From a virus: a DNA stretch of 64,000 nucleotides. Shown piece by piece: positions 9,539-18,525 of this stretch. Within the stretch, counting starts at the first letter, position 1. Each line of letters begins with the position of its first letter. A program made the position numbers and the translations under genes. The notes beneath the pieces are model-generated. The model was not told the DNA's origin, searched no databases, and was given only the letters and a program-made list of their open reading frames with translations. The stretch spans positions 1 through 64,000 of the IMG/VR virus record IMGVR_UViG_3300021399_000145; one strand, 5' to 3'.

Positions 9539-9768
9539 AACTCTTCCTCGTTGATTTTCTCAATATATCCACAATGTTCTAATAATTCTAAAAAGTCTTG
9601 AGCCATATGTTCGCCCATTTTAGGAGTAATATGTGAAAAATTAATAGCATAATCTGATAATACGCTTGATAAACACCCCCATTCCGTTAAAGTAAATACC
9701 GCTTCCTCGTCAATATCTTCTTCATTAATATAAAAAATTTCATCATCTATATCTTTATTTAATTCCAA
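9535..9768 (-). CDS. Small acidic hypothetical protein
   Basis: ORF with overlapping stop/start, strongly acidic. Confidence 0.35.
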   Translation of the reverse strand: MELNKDIDDEIFYINEEDIDEEAVFTLTEWGCLSSVLSDYAINFSHITPKMGEHMAQDFLELLEHCGYIEKINEEEL

Positions 9769-9825
9769 TTTTTAAAATCTCCTTTACTTTGTCACCATAA
9801 ATGTATATTAATCGGGACAAAATTA

Positions 9826-10935
9826 TCATTTTAAACTCTTATCTTTCTTTTCGCATAACACAATTTCTCTTCTTATTGGACAACCACCCATACATTCTCT
9901 TCGCCTAGAACAGCCAGAGCATGAATTTCTAAAGTGATTTCTAAAATCTTCAAATACATCGCTATCCCATGCGTTCTGAATCGTATCATTTGATATATCA
10001 TAAGCCCACTTCAAGTCCTGATTATCAAAGCTACACGGTAATGCTTTCATGTCAGATGTGATATACATACTCCATCTACCGCCCTCACATGTATCATAGC
10101 TATCTGGATTTATTTTTGTAGTATAGTTGATAAGCGCGGGAACTGTACAACTATCAAATCCGATTTTAAAGTTATGGTCTACATTTTCAATAGCTTCAAA
10201 AAATCTCTTTACTCGCGGGTCATATTCGCATAATATATTTGCCTGTGTACCTAATCCGACTGGTTTATGAAGCAAAAAGATTACTGCGTTTATGCCATTC
10301 GGAAAATCGTTATTCTTAACTCTTTCGATTGCTTCATCAATAGAGTTATTACCAAGAACATAATGGATATTTGTTTTAACACCCGCGTCAAGTAACATCT
10401 GAATTGCTCTCAGTGTATGAGGTTGTCTATACCAACTGATTGCTACCGCGCCGCAATACTTTTTACAAATATCAACAATCTCCTTATTGAATCCAAGTCC
10501 AGATGATGTAAAGTTGGGAACAATATTGTTATCGCGGCAGTATTTAAGAATTTCTTCAAAATTTTCATGTTGGTCTACGTCACCTCGACCTCCGAGCGCA
10601 AATTGGTAACATTTTCCTTTACACTCGTCAACAATTCTTTTAAAATTCTCAAATGTCATGTTTGGATATTTTGTTTCGAGTCCGTTTTGATAGCACTGAA
10701 CGCCAGACTTTATACATAATCCGCTCCTGCCGTGTTTGCAAAAACCCATTACGCCAACGTCAATTAATTCTGGAAATGAAGACATGAATGGGTCTATACC
10801 AGTATCTACGCCGTTTTCTATAATTCCTGTTCTGGCGTAAAATCCTGTTTCAGTATCGAAGGTTGATATAAAATTATGTTTGGTATCTTTCTTTGTAATA
10901 ATCATAAAACCTTTATATTCTCCATTGTCTCGCAA
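9826..10935 (-). CDS. Radical-SAM-like TIM-barrel protein with C-terminal SPASM/twitch-like Cys cluster and a non-canonical N-terminal Cys triad
   Basis: C-terminal CSGCSRRRECMGGC resembles SPASM CxxCx5Cx3C. An LGGRGD GGE-like motif is present. The N-terminal cysteines are spaced Cx7Cx6C rather than CxxxCxxC. The start overlaps the PurA-like gene stop. Confidence 0.4.
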   Translation of the reverse strand: MRDNGEYKGFMIITKKDTKHNFISTFDTETGFYARTGIIENGVDTGIDPFMSSFPELIDVGVMGFCKHGRSGLCIKSGVQCYQNGLETKYPNMTFENFKRIVDECKGKCYQFALGGRGDVDQHENFEEILKYCRDNNIVPNFTSSGLGFNKEIVDICKKYCGAVAISWYRQPHTLRAIQMLLDAGVKTNIHYVLGNNSIDEAIERVKNNDFPNGINAVIFLLHKPVGLGTQANILCEYDPRVKRFFEAIENVDHNFKIGFDSCTVPALINYTTKINPDSYDTCEGGRWSMYITSDMKALPCSFDNQDLKWAYDISNDTIQNAWDSDVFEDFRNHFRNSCSGCSRRRECMGGCPIRREIVLCEKKDKSLK

Positions 10936-12065
10936 TTTGATAAATAAACATGGTCAATTAATCGTTCATTTTTAATATTTAATATATCTTTATCAGTGAT
11001 TGATACCTCATTATTATGTGTTATATATAAAGAGAAATATCTATTGGCATCATTTTTTATTCTTGTTAATAAATTGTTATAATCAAGATATCCATATCTT
11101 AATTTACCTTGGTGCGGGTTAGGTATATTTGTTTTGTCGTATTCTATATTACCTAAATTCTCTTTTTTACATTCAGTTTCAAACTGTCCCGCGCCATGCC
11201 TTGTCATATATGTTCTAGTTACATAATATGGTTCTACATAAAATTCGCCAGAAAAGGATTTTTCAAACTCTATTATATTATGCATTCCAGTGTAACTCGG
11301 TGTTGTGTGTACGTTGTTCTTATCTCTATTCAAAAGCAATCCCTGTCCATTCTCAAAAATTATCGAATCATAACGTCTTACAATTTCTGCGTCTGTTTCA
11401 ATTGTATTTTCGAGCATAAACGTCAAGTCGTCTAAAAAGTGAAATCTTATCTTGTAATCATTGATTATTGAGAACCATTCGACCAAAACTTTTTTAGATA
11501 TTGTTCCACTTCTACGATACCTATTTAAGTTATAGATAAATAGATTTTCGCGGACTTTCATTTCTTGCATTATCTTGTAAGTATCTGCACTTTTAAAATC
11601 TTTATAGTGCCAAATATTATTATCTCTGTATACCTTTTCCGTTTCCCATATACCTAACCCGCAACTACCATGTTTATTATCGCGACTTTGCTCTAACATT
11701 TGATTGAGAATCATTTCGTAAAATGTAGAAACTCTGCAACCTTTATCAATATAAACTTTTGGTTTAAACCCTAATCTTTCAAGTTCTTGAAATTCCTCTC
11801 GGAATATAATGGGATTTAGAATGAAATGTTCGGATAAGTATGTATCTGCTTTCCTAAATGTTCCGCTTCCAAAATGTCTAAAAGCATGGCGCGTTCCATC
11901 TTCTAAAACAACAGTATGGGAACGTTGCGCTCCGCCGTTATTGCAAATTACAAGACAATTACTATATTTATTCATGGCTTCATTCGCCAGAAAATCAGTA
12001 ACAAGACCTTTTCCTTCATCGCCATAATTAGCACCAATAACTGCTTTAGCTTCAATCGTTCCCAT
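10902..12065 (-). CDS. Adenylosuccinate-synthetase family protein (PurA-like; candidate PurZ of the 2-aminoadenine pathway)
   Basis: GDEGKG P-loop, GGAQRSHT, SCGLG, FENGQGLLLN and TRHGAGQF match the PurA motifs GDEGKGK, GGHNAGHT, GTTGRGIGP, FEGAQGTLLD and TRVGAGPF. Confidence 0.7.
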   Translation of the reverse strand: MGTIEAKAVIGANYGDEGKGLVTDFLANEAMNKYSNCLVICNNGGAQRSHTVVLEDGTRHAFRHFGSGTFRKADTYLSEHFILNPIIFREEFQELERLGFKPKVYIDKGCRVSTFYEMILNQMLEQSRDNKHGSCGLGIWETEKVYRDNNIWHYKDFKSADTYKIMQEMKVRENLFIYNLNRYRRSGTISKKVLVEWFSIINDYKIRFHFLDDLTFMLENTIETDAEIVRRYDSIIFENGQGLLLNRDKNNVHTTPSYTGMHNIIEFEKSFSGEFYVEPYYVTRTYMTRHGAGQFETECKKENLGNIEYDKTNIPNPHQGKLRYGYLDYNNLLTRIKNDANRYFSLYITHNNEVSITDKDILNIKNERLIDHVYLSNCETMENIKVL

Positions 12066-12085
12066 ATCTTAAAACCCCTTATAAA

Positions 12086-12952
12086 TTACCAAGAAATACC
12101 ATCGGAAGAATTTTCTTGATTTGTGTTGTTACTACTTGCTTTAATAATGATTTCGGATATTACGTCTGGCAAAGAATTAAGTGTTGACTCATAATAATTA
12201 TCTCCGATAACGTTTTTAAAACTTGATGGTATATCATCATCGAGAAGCCATTTGTAACTTCTGTGATTTACATTAACGTGGTAAATGTGAAACTTCTTTG
12301 ACGCTTCATTATATAGAAAATCCGTTTTAATATCAGCCTGACAAGTATCGCCAGTGACAGCGTTCAACTTATCTTTCTGTAAATAAGGATTAAGAGTTTC
12401 ATCACCAAGCGTGATAATAATGCCTTTTTTGCCACGTTTCCAACAGTCTAGTTTTGTGTGATAAAGACCCATATACCAAGCGGCGGTATATGACTCATAA
12501 GCGTTACCACCACCGCCAAACTCGAAATATACCTTATCAAGATGCTCCGCAATTCTTATATCTGATTCAAACTGTGACATCTGAATTGGTGCATGGTCAC
12601 AATATAAATCACCGATACCCATAATACAAAACTCAACATCTTTTATTTCGCTGTAAAGTTTCGTCATAATAAGATTTAAACTTTTAGCAACTTCTACAGC
12701 CGCAGAACCCATTGAACCAGTAACGTCAAGCGCAAGGATTACTGGAATTGTATTTTGGTGTTCTTCTGTATCACAACATTCTCGCATAATATCTTTCGGG
12801 AAAAGGTCTGCGTGAATCTGAGATTGTTTATAAATACTCTGATTCGATGCAACACCAGAGCCAGTTAGCTTGCCGAGACTATCAAGAGTAGCCCCTTTCG
12901 TTGTACTTGAGTAACTGCAAAAACTTGAACTTGTCCAACTTCCACTACCCAT
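12086..12952 (-). CDS. von Willebrand factor A (vWA) domain protein
   Basis: MIDAS motif LALDVTGSMG (DxSxS) at the start of a Rossmann-like domain. Confidence 0.55.
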   Translation of the reverse strand: MGSGSWTSSSFCSYSSTTKGATLDSLGKLTGSGVASNQSIYKQSQIHADLFPKDIMRECCDTEEHQNTIPVILALDVTGSMGSAAVEVAKSLNLIMTKLYSEIKDVEFCIMGIGDLYCDHAPIQMSQFESDIRIAEHLDKVYFEFGGGGNAYESYTAAWYMGLYHTKLDCWKRGKKGIIITLGDETLNPYLQKDKLNAVTGDTCQADIKTDFLYNEASKKFHIYHVNVNHRSYKWLLDDDIPSSFKNVIGDNYYESTLNSLPDVISEIIIKASSNNTNQENSSDGISW

Positions 12953-12963
12953 ATAATTACCTC

Positions 12964-13554
12964 TTACTCTTCTTCGCTCTCGGCAGATTCTTCTGCGTCA
13001 TTATCGCCAAAATCAAAATCAAACATTTCTCCAAACGGATTTGCTCCGCCGTTCATCATAAGCATAAGCGGGAACATATTGTTATTGCCGCTGTGACTGC
13101 CATCCTTAAACATTTCAGTCATAGCCATATATTTAAATATGTTACCAATACCTTTACCACCCTTCTTAATACTGTCACCGAACATAGAAATAATCTTACC
13201 GTAAAAATATGTATTCCCCATAAACACATGCCGTTCTGGAATAACCGTTTTAATCTCTCCGCCCTCATAATCGATAACGGTAATCTTATTTTTGTCTGTT
13301 TCAATGACACATTTTGGTGTTCCGCCAATAAGGATAATATCGCCCTTCTCTACCTTGTTAGTTGGAAAAACAAAGAAAAATTCTTCGCCAATATCAAAAA
13401 CAAAGTTATCCTGATTCGTAAGCCTACCAGTCTTGACGTTATATGTTTTATAACCGTTACTTGTTTTCACAGCAATTCCGCCATTCATGGAAAGTCTGCA
13501 CATACCAGAGGCGAGCTTACCAAACATCTTCCCGAACATATTATTAAAGTCCAT
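12964..13554 (-). CDS. Hypothetical protein, Gly/Met/Phe-rich with acidic C-terminal tail
   Basis: ORF with an unusual composition. No motif recognised. Confidence 0.35.
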   Translation of the reverse strand: MDFNNMFGKMFGKLASGMCRLSMNGGIAVKTSNGYKTYNVKTGRLTNQDNFVFDIGEEFFFVFPTNKVEKGDIILIGGTPKCVIETDKNKITVIDYEGGEIKTVIPERHVFMGNTYFYGKIISMFGDSIKKGGKGIGNIFKYMAMTEMFKDGSHSGNNNMFPLMLMMNGGANPFGEMFDFDFGDNDAEESAESEEE

Positions 13555-13563
13555 ATTCTCTCC

Positions 13564-13890
13564 TTAGTTAAAATATTCTATCTTACATCCTGCTTTTTTA
13601 TTATTATGAATTATATGATTGAACGCGACAGAGCTTGTATTTTTGATGCTTTCATTATCGAATAAACATCTATCCCATTTATCACATCCTCTCGCTCTAT
13701 ACACATAGGGTTTATAGCAAACCCATCTACTACAATCATCAAACTCGATTTCAATTTGGTCGATTGTGGAGTTGCGATTTAACACCGCAACCCCCTTAGA
13801 TTTCTTTTCAATCTCAATCTTCTGCAACATTACTTCGCCAAGATTGAAGTTAAAAGTGTAAATGATATTAAGACTCTGATTCTGGCTCAT
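13564..13890 (-). CDS. Hypothetical protein
   Basis: ORF track; no recognisable motif. Confidence 0.35.
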   Translation of the reverse strand: MSQNQSLNIIYTFNFNLGEVMLQKIEIEKKSKGVAVLNRNSTIDQIEIEFDDCSRWVCYKPYVYRARGCDKWDRCLFDNESIKNTSSVAFNHIIHNNKKAGCKIEYFN

Positions 13891-14012
13891 CCTTTTTACC
13901 TTTCCTCTTTCTTTCCTGCTCTTCTTTTTTAATTTCGTTGTCGAGCTTGCGCATAATACTTTCCCACTTTGCCATCTGTTTGGCGGTAATAAGAATTCTC
14001 TGCCCAGTCTTT

Positions 14013-14891
14013 TTACTCATTTTTGCTTTCCTCTCTGCTGTCGGCAATCACTGAATCTGCTCCCTGTACTGTTACCCAACCATGTTCAAGTCTTGCCTCA
14101 GCTTCTTTCATACGGATAAGTTCTTCTGTGATTGACTCAGATATAATTTTGTTTGCTTCGGCTTCTGCTTCTGCTTTAGTTACTTCAATATCAGCTTCGT
14201 TTTGCGCCTTAATAAGATTTGTCTCTGCTTCAACCTGAACTGTTTTCTGCTTTGCTTCTGCTTGCGCTCTGGCTTGCTGTGCCTTTACACGTTCGTCAAT
14301 AGTTTCTTGAAGCTTTTCATCGGGGTGAGCATCAATAATTGAAGCATCGATAACCTCAATACCATATGCATCTTTGAATTCATTATTAAGATATTCTGTA
14401 AGTTCATTGTTAATCTGGCTACGATTGCCAGAATAAATATCCATCAGAGAATAATTGGTTGTAATCTCAGACACTTTAGATTTAAGAACTGTGCGAACCC
14501 TGCCCTGTACAATATCGTCTCCGTCCATTCCCTTAAAACGCTTATAAGTATCAACCAGTTTTTCAGGAATAAATCTATAAGACATTTGAAAGTCGATACC
14601 AATACTCGCATCATCCGATGTAGCAACTCGAAAAGATTCATCTTCTTCCGAACCCTCTCTCGAATCCTGAGTGAGAATAAGCTGTTCGTTTGAAACGGTA
14701 AATTCTTTTACTTTGATTGTCGGCGCAACAATATGCCAACCCTGACTTAATGTTTCGTCTTTTACTCCGCCAGAGATTGAATACTGAACACCCGCATAAC
14801 CGACAGGAATCTTTTCAATACAAATGATTGCACTAAACAAACCGATTATAAGAATCGCACCAACAATAACGCTACCGATAAATCCTTTCAT
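14013..14891 (-). CDS. SPFH/band-7 (stomatin/prohibitin/HflK-like) membrane protein
   Basis: N-terminal TM helix, then IPVGYAGVQYSISGGV...GWHIVAP typical of the SPFH core, then an Ala/Glu/Gln-rich coiled coil (QARAQAEAKQ). Confidence 0.6.
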   Translation of the reverse strand: MKGFIGSVIVGAILIIGLFSAIICIEKIPVGYAGVQYSISGGVKDETLSQGWHIVAPTIKVKEFTVSNEQLILTQDSREGSEEDESFRVATSDDASIGIDFQMSYRFIPEKLVDTYKRFKGMDGDDIVQGRVRTVLKSKVSEITTNYSLMDIYSGNRSQINNELTEYLNNEFKDAYGIEVIDASIIDAHPDEKLQETIDERVKAQQARAQAEAKQKTVQVEAETNLIKAQNEADIEVTKAEAEAEANKIISESITEELIRMKEAEARLEHGWVTVQGADSVIADSREESKNE

Positions 14892-15139
14892 TACTTACTT
14901 TCTCCTTTTTCGTTGTTGTAAAGTTTAGATATATATGAATTAATTTCTTTCTCGATGGAATCTAAATCAAACTCTTCGTGATACACTTCTTCTTCTGGTG
15001 GTTCTTCGTCATTTAAAATGCGTGTGATTTTTTCTTTCTTATTAAATACGAAATCACCAATTATCCTAAAGAGTCCACTGAGCAGATACCATACGAGAAA
15101 TAAAATTAAACAAATAATTAGCCAAAAAACTATATTCAC
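14891..15139 (-). CDS. Small single-TM membrane protein coupled to the SPFH gene (NfeD-like partner?)
   Basis: Hydrophobic N-terminus, with an ATGA overlap to the downstream SPFH gene. Confidence 0.35.
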   Translation of the reverse strand: MNIVFWLIICLILFLVWYLLSGLFRIIGDFVFNKKEKITRILNDEEPPEEEVYHEEFDLDSIEKEINSYISKLYNNEKGESK

Positions 15140-15816
15140 TTTTTTACCTCTACCTCTAGCAAATGTGTTGCTTCCATATCGGCTTCATGTAGAGCCATCG
15201 CAAGCGGAAACTTTTCAAAGGCATTTCCTAATGAGTTCCAGATATTTTGTCCTTCATAAGCTCCCATGTGAAATCTAATTGCGACCGCTTCTTCATCTGT
15301 GAGTGTAATATATTTATTTACAAGATATACACTCTTATCACCATGTCCAAATGGAAACTGTTCATCAGCTTTATAATAAGGTACTGTTTCCCATATAAAG
15401 CTACCATTATTATCAGACTTAATCTGCCAACGTGCGGCGGCACTTACCTTTTCCTCATCATATGTTTTCTGATTTCTAAAGTCTACCGTGTAGAAATTCG
15501 CTTTGCAAACATCATGAAGTAAAGCGGCGAGAGCAAGTGATTCATCTGGCGTTTCAGATAAATATTTAACCCATAGCGGATTTTTCTTCTTTTTAACAAG
15601 ACAAGTGTAAACATTCAAACTGTGAGAGACAAGTCCGCCCTCGTAATCACAGTGGAATCTTGACGATGCGGGAGCTGTATAAAAATCAGTAGATTCAAGA
15701 TAATCGATTAATTTATCAATACCCTCACGCTTTGTATCTCTCAAAATCATATTGAAAATTTCATGATTTGATAAGTCCTCAGTTTCTTTAAGAAGTGGTT
15801 CGCTGTTCAAATTCAA
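15136..15816 (-). CDS. HD-domain phosphohydrolase (DatZ-like dNTP hydrolase candidate)
   Basis: H...H (RFHCDYEGGLVSHSL), HD (LLHDVCK) and a downstream D (HEADME) form the HD metal-binding signature. Confidence 0.55.
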   Translation of the reverse strand: MNLNSEPLLKETEDLSNHEIFNMILRDTKREGIDKLIDYLESTDFYTAPASSRFHCDYEGGLVSHSLNVYTCLVKKKKNPLWVKYLSETPDESLALAALLHDVCKANFYTVDFRNQKTYDEEKVSAAARWQIKSDNNGSFIWETVPYYKADEQFPFGHGDKSVYLVNKYITLTDEEAVAIRFHMGAYEGQNIWNSLGNAFEKFPLAMALHEADMEATHLLEVEVKK

Positions 15817-15954
15817 TTCCTCCTTTTTAAAATAAATTCATAGTCGAGCCAGTAAATTAAATATACATCTGGACAAATGTATAATCGCGGCTTAATTCGC
15901 CACAAAATTTTTTTGATTTGTTCTAGCAGTTGTATCACCTCCAATCTGGTATAT

Positions 15955-15983
15955 ATTTTACTACTTACATTCCCGTATGTCAA
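15955..15983 (-). promoter_or_regulatory. Promoter family copy (TTGACA-N17-TAAAAT, spacer TACGGGAATGTAAGTAG)
   Basis: The -35 and -10 boxes and the conserved spacer were read on the minus strand. Confidence 0.55.
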
Positions 15984-15998
15984 GCGTAAATTTAGCGG

Positions 15999-16631
15999 TT
16001 AATCCCAACCATACTTCTCACCATCAGCTAGAAAACTTTTATAGTCAGAGATAAACTCTTTATTATCATGCGCTTTCCACATTTCTATGAATTGATATAT
16101 AGCTTCTTTATAATTCGAGAAGTCATATTCGATAGTTATCTGTTCGCCAAAACAATAATTCTTTATATCTTTATGATGCCCACGAATCTGTATACCTCCC
16201 GCATGAACGTCAAAGAAATCTATTCCTTCAAAGTTTGGGTAATCTTTCAGCCCCTTATGAATCTCATTTTCTATGTAACGCAACTGCCCTTTATGCTTTT
16301 CTAAGATACTTGAGTCAACATAAGGTTTTACACGAAATCCTTTATACAATCTTTTAATGTGTTTGTGGTGCTTTTGTGCCTCTTCGTAAGTTTCAAATAG
16401 TGAAGATAATGATACATATTGTGAGCGATTGCATAAATTCCAGTTTTCATCAAAAAAATATACCAATACATCTTGCCATATATCATCCCAATGTTTAATA
16501 TACCTATAACTATTATCACAATCAATAATACATGGTTTTATTTTATTGAGATAATGATAATAAAAAACTCTATTTGAAAAGTTGCGTTTAAATTGCTCTT
16601 TTGTCGTACCTTTTTTCGGTAATTTAACCAA
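15999..16631 (-). CDS. Hypothetical protein
   Basis: ORF track; no motif. Confidence 0.35.
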   Translation of the reverse strand: MVKLPKKGTTKEQFKRNFSNRVFYYHYLNKIKPCIIDCDNSYRYIKHWDDIWQDVLVYFFDENWNLCNRSQYVSLSSLFETYEEAQKHHKHIKRLYKGFRVKPYVDSSILEKHKGQLRYIENEIHKGLKDYPNFEGIDFFDVHAGGIQIRGHHKDIKNYCFGEQITIEYDFSNYKEAIYQFIEMWKAHDNKEFISDYKSFLADGEKYGWD

Positions 16632-16689
16632 ATTATAACTCCTTATTGCAATTTATTTGTACATATTGCACAAGTTTTAACAGTAGATT

Positions 16690-16857
16690 TTAGTCCTCTT
16701 TCGCCAGAAAATCGTCTAGCGAAATTGTAACTGTTAATCCATCGTTTTTATTAAAGTTATTAAATACTGTTTCAAGAATATGCTTTAATTTATCGCTGTC
16801 TTCCGCTTTAGCATAAAGTTTGTTGTAGCTATCATCACAAATTTTTAAATAATACAT
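16690..16857 (-). CDS. Small hypothetical protein (start reassigned to MYYLK)
   Basis: The upstream portion of the ORF-track ORF overlaps the Cys-rich ORF in another frame. Confidence 0.3.
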   Translation of the reverse strand: MYYLKICDDSYNKLYAKAEDSDKLKHILETVFNNFNKNDGLTVTISLDDFLAKED

Positions 16858-16858
16858 G

Positions 16859-17014
16859 TTATTCCCCTTCCTCAATGTTTGAATATTTATAACCACCGCA
16901 ACCATATGAATTTAAAGACTTAACCCACTTTTCGTGATAGTCGCAAAATCCGTATCCATCATCATCGTACTGGTCGAAATATAAACAACCCTCACAACCT
17001 TTGCCTTCCTCCAT
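16859..17014 (-). CDS. Small Cys-rich protein (53 aa, CxxC...C...CGG), below the ORF-track size cutoff
   Basis: Translated manually as MEEGKGCEGCLYFDQYDDDGYGFCDYHEKWVKSLNSYGCGGYKYSNIEEGE. The stop lies 1 nt from the next ATG. Confidence 0.3.
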   Translation of the reverse strand: MEEGKGCEGCLYFDQYDDDGYGFCDYHEKWVKSLNSYGCGGYKYSNIEEGE

Positions 17015-17029
17015 GCCCTAATACCCCCT

Positions 17030-17674
17030 TTAAGTGAAATCGCAAACCTTGATTTTTGTAATAATTCTGTTGTGCTGTCTATCATAAAGGTCTATTATTG
17101 GCTTACCGACTACACCTTCCATTTCGTGATTCGGGTTAATAAGTGAACAAGGGCGAGTCTTAATAAATTCAACAGCTTCCTTAATCGTTCCAGTCATAAC
17201 CAATGGTACGATTTTAATACCGAATGCTTTTGCAATATCCTGAATGTCCCGATATTTAAGCCAAGTATCTGAGCCAACCATATACACATCGAACAAGATA
17301 AAATCACAGCCATCAGGAATGTAATTACCGCCGCCTTTCTGGATTTTCGCGCCGTAACCTTCGCCAAAGAGAACCACTTCTTTCTCGCCAAACAGTTGTT
17401 CAAACATTTCTTCGGCTTCGTTCGTGCCAAAAATCTCAATTAATCTATTCATTAGATGCGCGGGAATCTGCGCTCTTTCTGTTCTGCCCTGATAGTTTAC
17501 TTTGTGTCCATCCCAGTATATACCCGTATTTGCTCCGTCGCATTTTTCGCTAAAAAACCAGAGATTATCAGACAAAAATTTAATAGCTTCGTTTCTATAC
17601 TCTCCCTCAATGAGTTTCTTACTTCCTTCCATGTCTCTGACAAATGGCGTTTCAATTTTGGTATATTTATACAT
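17030..17674 (-). CDS. ATP-dependent RNA-ligase-like nucleotidyltransferase (KxDG family)
   Basis: Motif I EKCDGAN (KxDGxN) with a downstream FGEGYG (motif IV-like) and a KIK motif. Its 214 aa size fits the minimal Rnl-type ligases. Confidence 0.5.
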   Translation of the reverse strand: MYKYTKIETPFVRDMEGSKKLIEGEYRNEAIKFLSDNLWFFSEKCDGANTGIYWDGHKVNYQGRTERAQIPAHLMNRLIEIFGTNEAEEMFEQLFGEKEVVLFGEGYGAKIQKGGGNYIPDGCDFILFDVYMVGSDTWLKYRDIQDIAKAFGIKIVPLVMTGTIKEAVEFIKTRPCSLINPNHEMEGVVGKPIIDLYDRQHNRIITKIKVCDFT

Positions 17675-17700
17675 ATCAATCTCCTTTATTTATTTTAAAT

Positions 17701-17729
17701 ATTATACTACTTATATTCTCTTTTGTCAA
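17701..17729 (-). promoter_or_regulatory. Promoter family copy (TTGACA-AAAGAGAATATAAGTAG-TATAAT)
   Basis: A perfect sigma70 consensus with a 17-nt spacer, 25 nt upstream of an RBS and the ligase ATG. Confidence 0.65.
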
Positions 17730-18280
17730 TTACAAATAAGTACGTCATTTACAATACATTCTATATCTGAATCTGAATGATATAAAAAATCGTAATATTC
17801 ATTTAAATAACTTGTTAATGAAATATATATTCCATCACTGCCTTTTTTCATAAGTTTAACACTATTATCTTTTTTTACTTCTACAATAACCGCCAGTTCT
17901 TTGTTATTTTTTCTAGTGTAAATATCGCCAACCTTTGGTTTGTGTTCTTCGTTGACTCGCTCAATTTGTTTAATTATTTCTTCTGCGGAAAATTTACTAA
18001 GTATATCACCCAAAAAACATTCTCCGTTGAATAATTCGTTATATAAATTATTATGAGCTTCGTCAATATCATCTAACATTATCACTAATGCTTTTCTTAA
18101 CTTATCCGCTCCAATCATTTCAGCCTCTTTAATATTGACAAGATTTTCGTTATCCTTCGAACACATAATATTTACTTTAGAAAGCGGATTATATATCTCG
18201 TAAAAATTATCTACTGAACTATCGTTAGCAATAACTTTTATATACATTTCTTTTCCCATAATGATTTTCTCCTTATTCAA
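17726..18280 (-). CDS. Hypothetical protein
   Basis: ORF track. Confidence 0.35.
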   Translation of the reverse strand: MNKEKIIMGKEMYIKVIANDSSVDNFYEIYNPLSKVNIMCSKDNENLVNIKEAEMIGADKLRKALVIMLDDIDEAHNNLYNELFNGECFLGDILSKFSAEEIIKQIERVNEEHKPKVGDIYTRKNNKELAVIVEVKKDNSVKLMKKGSDGIYISLTSYLNEYYDFLYHSDSDIECIVNDVLICN

Positions 18281-18470
18281 AATTATTTAATAATTGACGT
18301 AACTTTTCTTCTATATCTGGCGAATCTAAGCTACTCACCGTTAGTGTATACCACTCGTTGTCTCTTATTGCTATTAATTTGCATGAATCTCCAAATTTCC
18401 CATCTACTGAAATATATACCGACGGGTTTATCTTTTTCGCAAGTTCACGAATTTGATATATCGTTTTCAT
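18273..18470 (-). CDS. Hypothetical protein
   Basis: ORF track. Confidence 0.3.
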   Translation of the reverse strand: MKTIYQIRELAKKINPSVYISVDGKFGDSCKLIAIRDNEWYTLTVSSLDSPDIEEKLRQLLNNFE

Positions 18471-18525
18471 TCAAATGAATACTTATCTATCCTTTCTACA
18501 TTGTCTATATATCTTGTTTTTCTAC

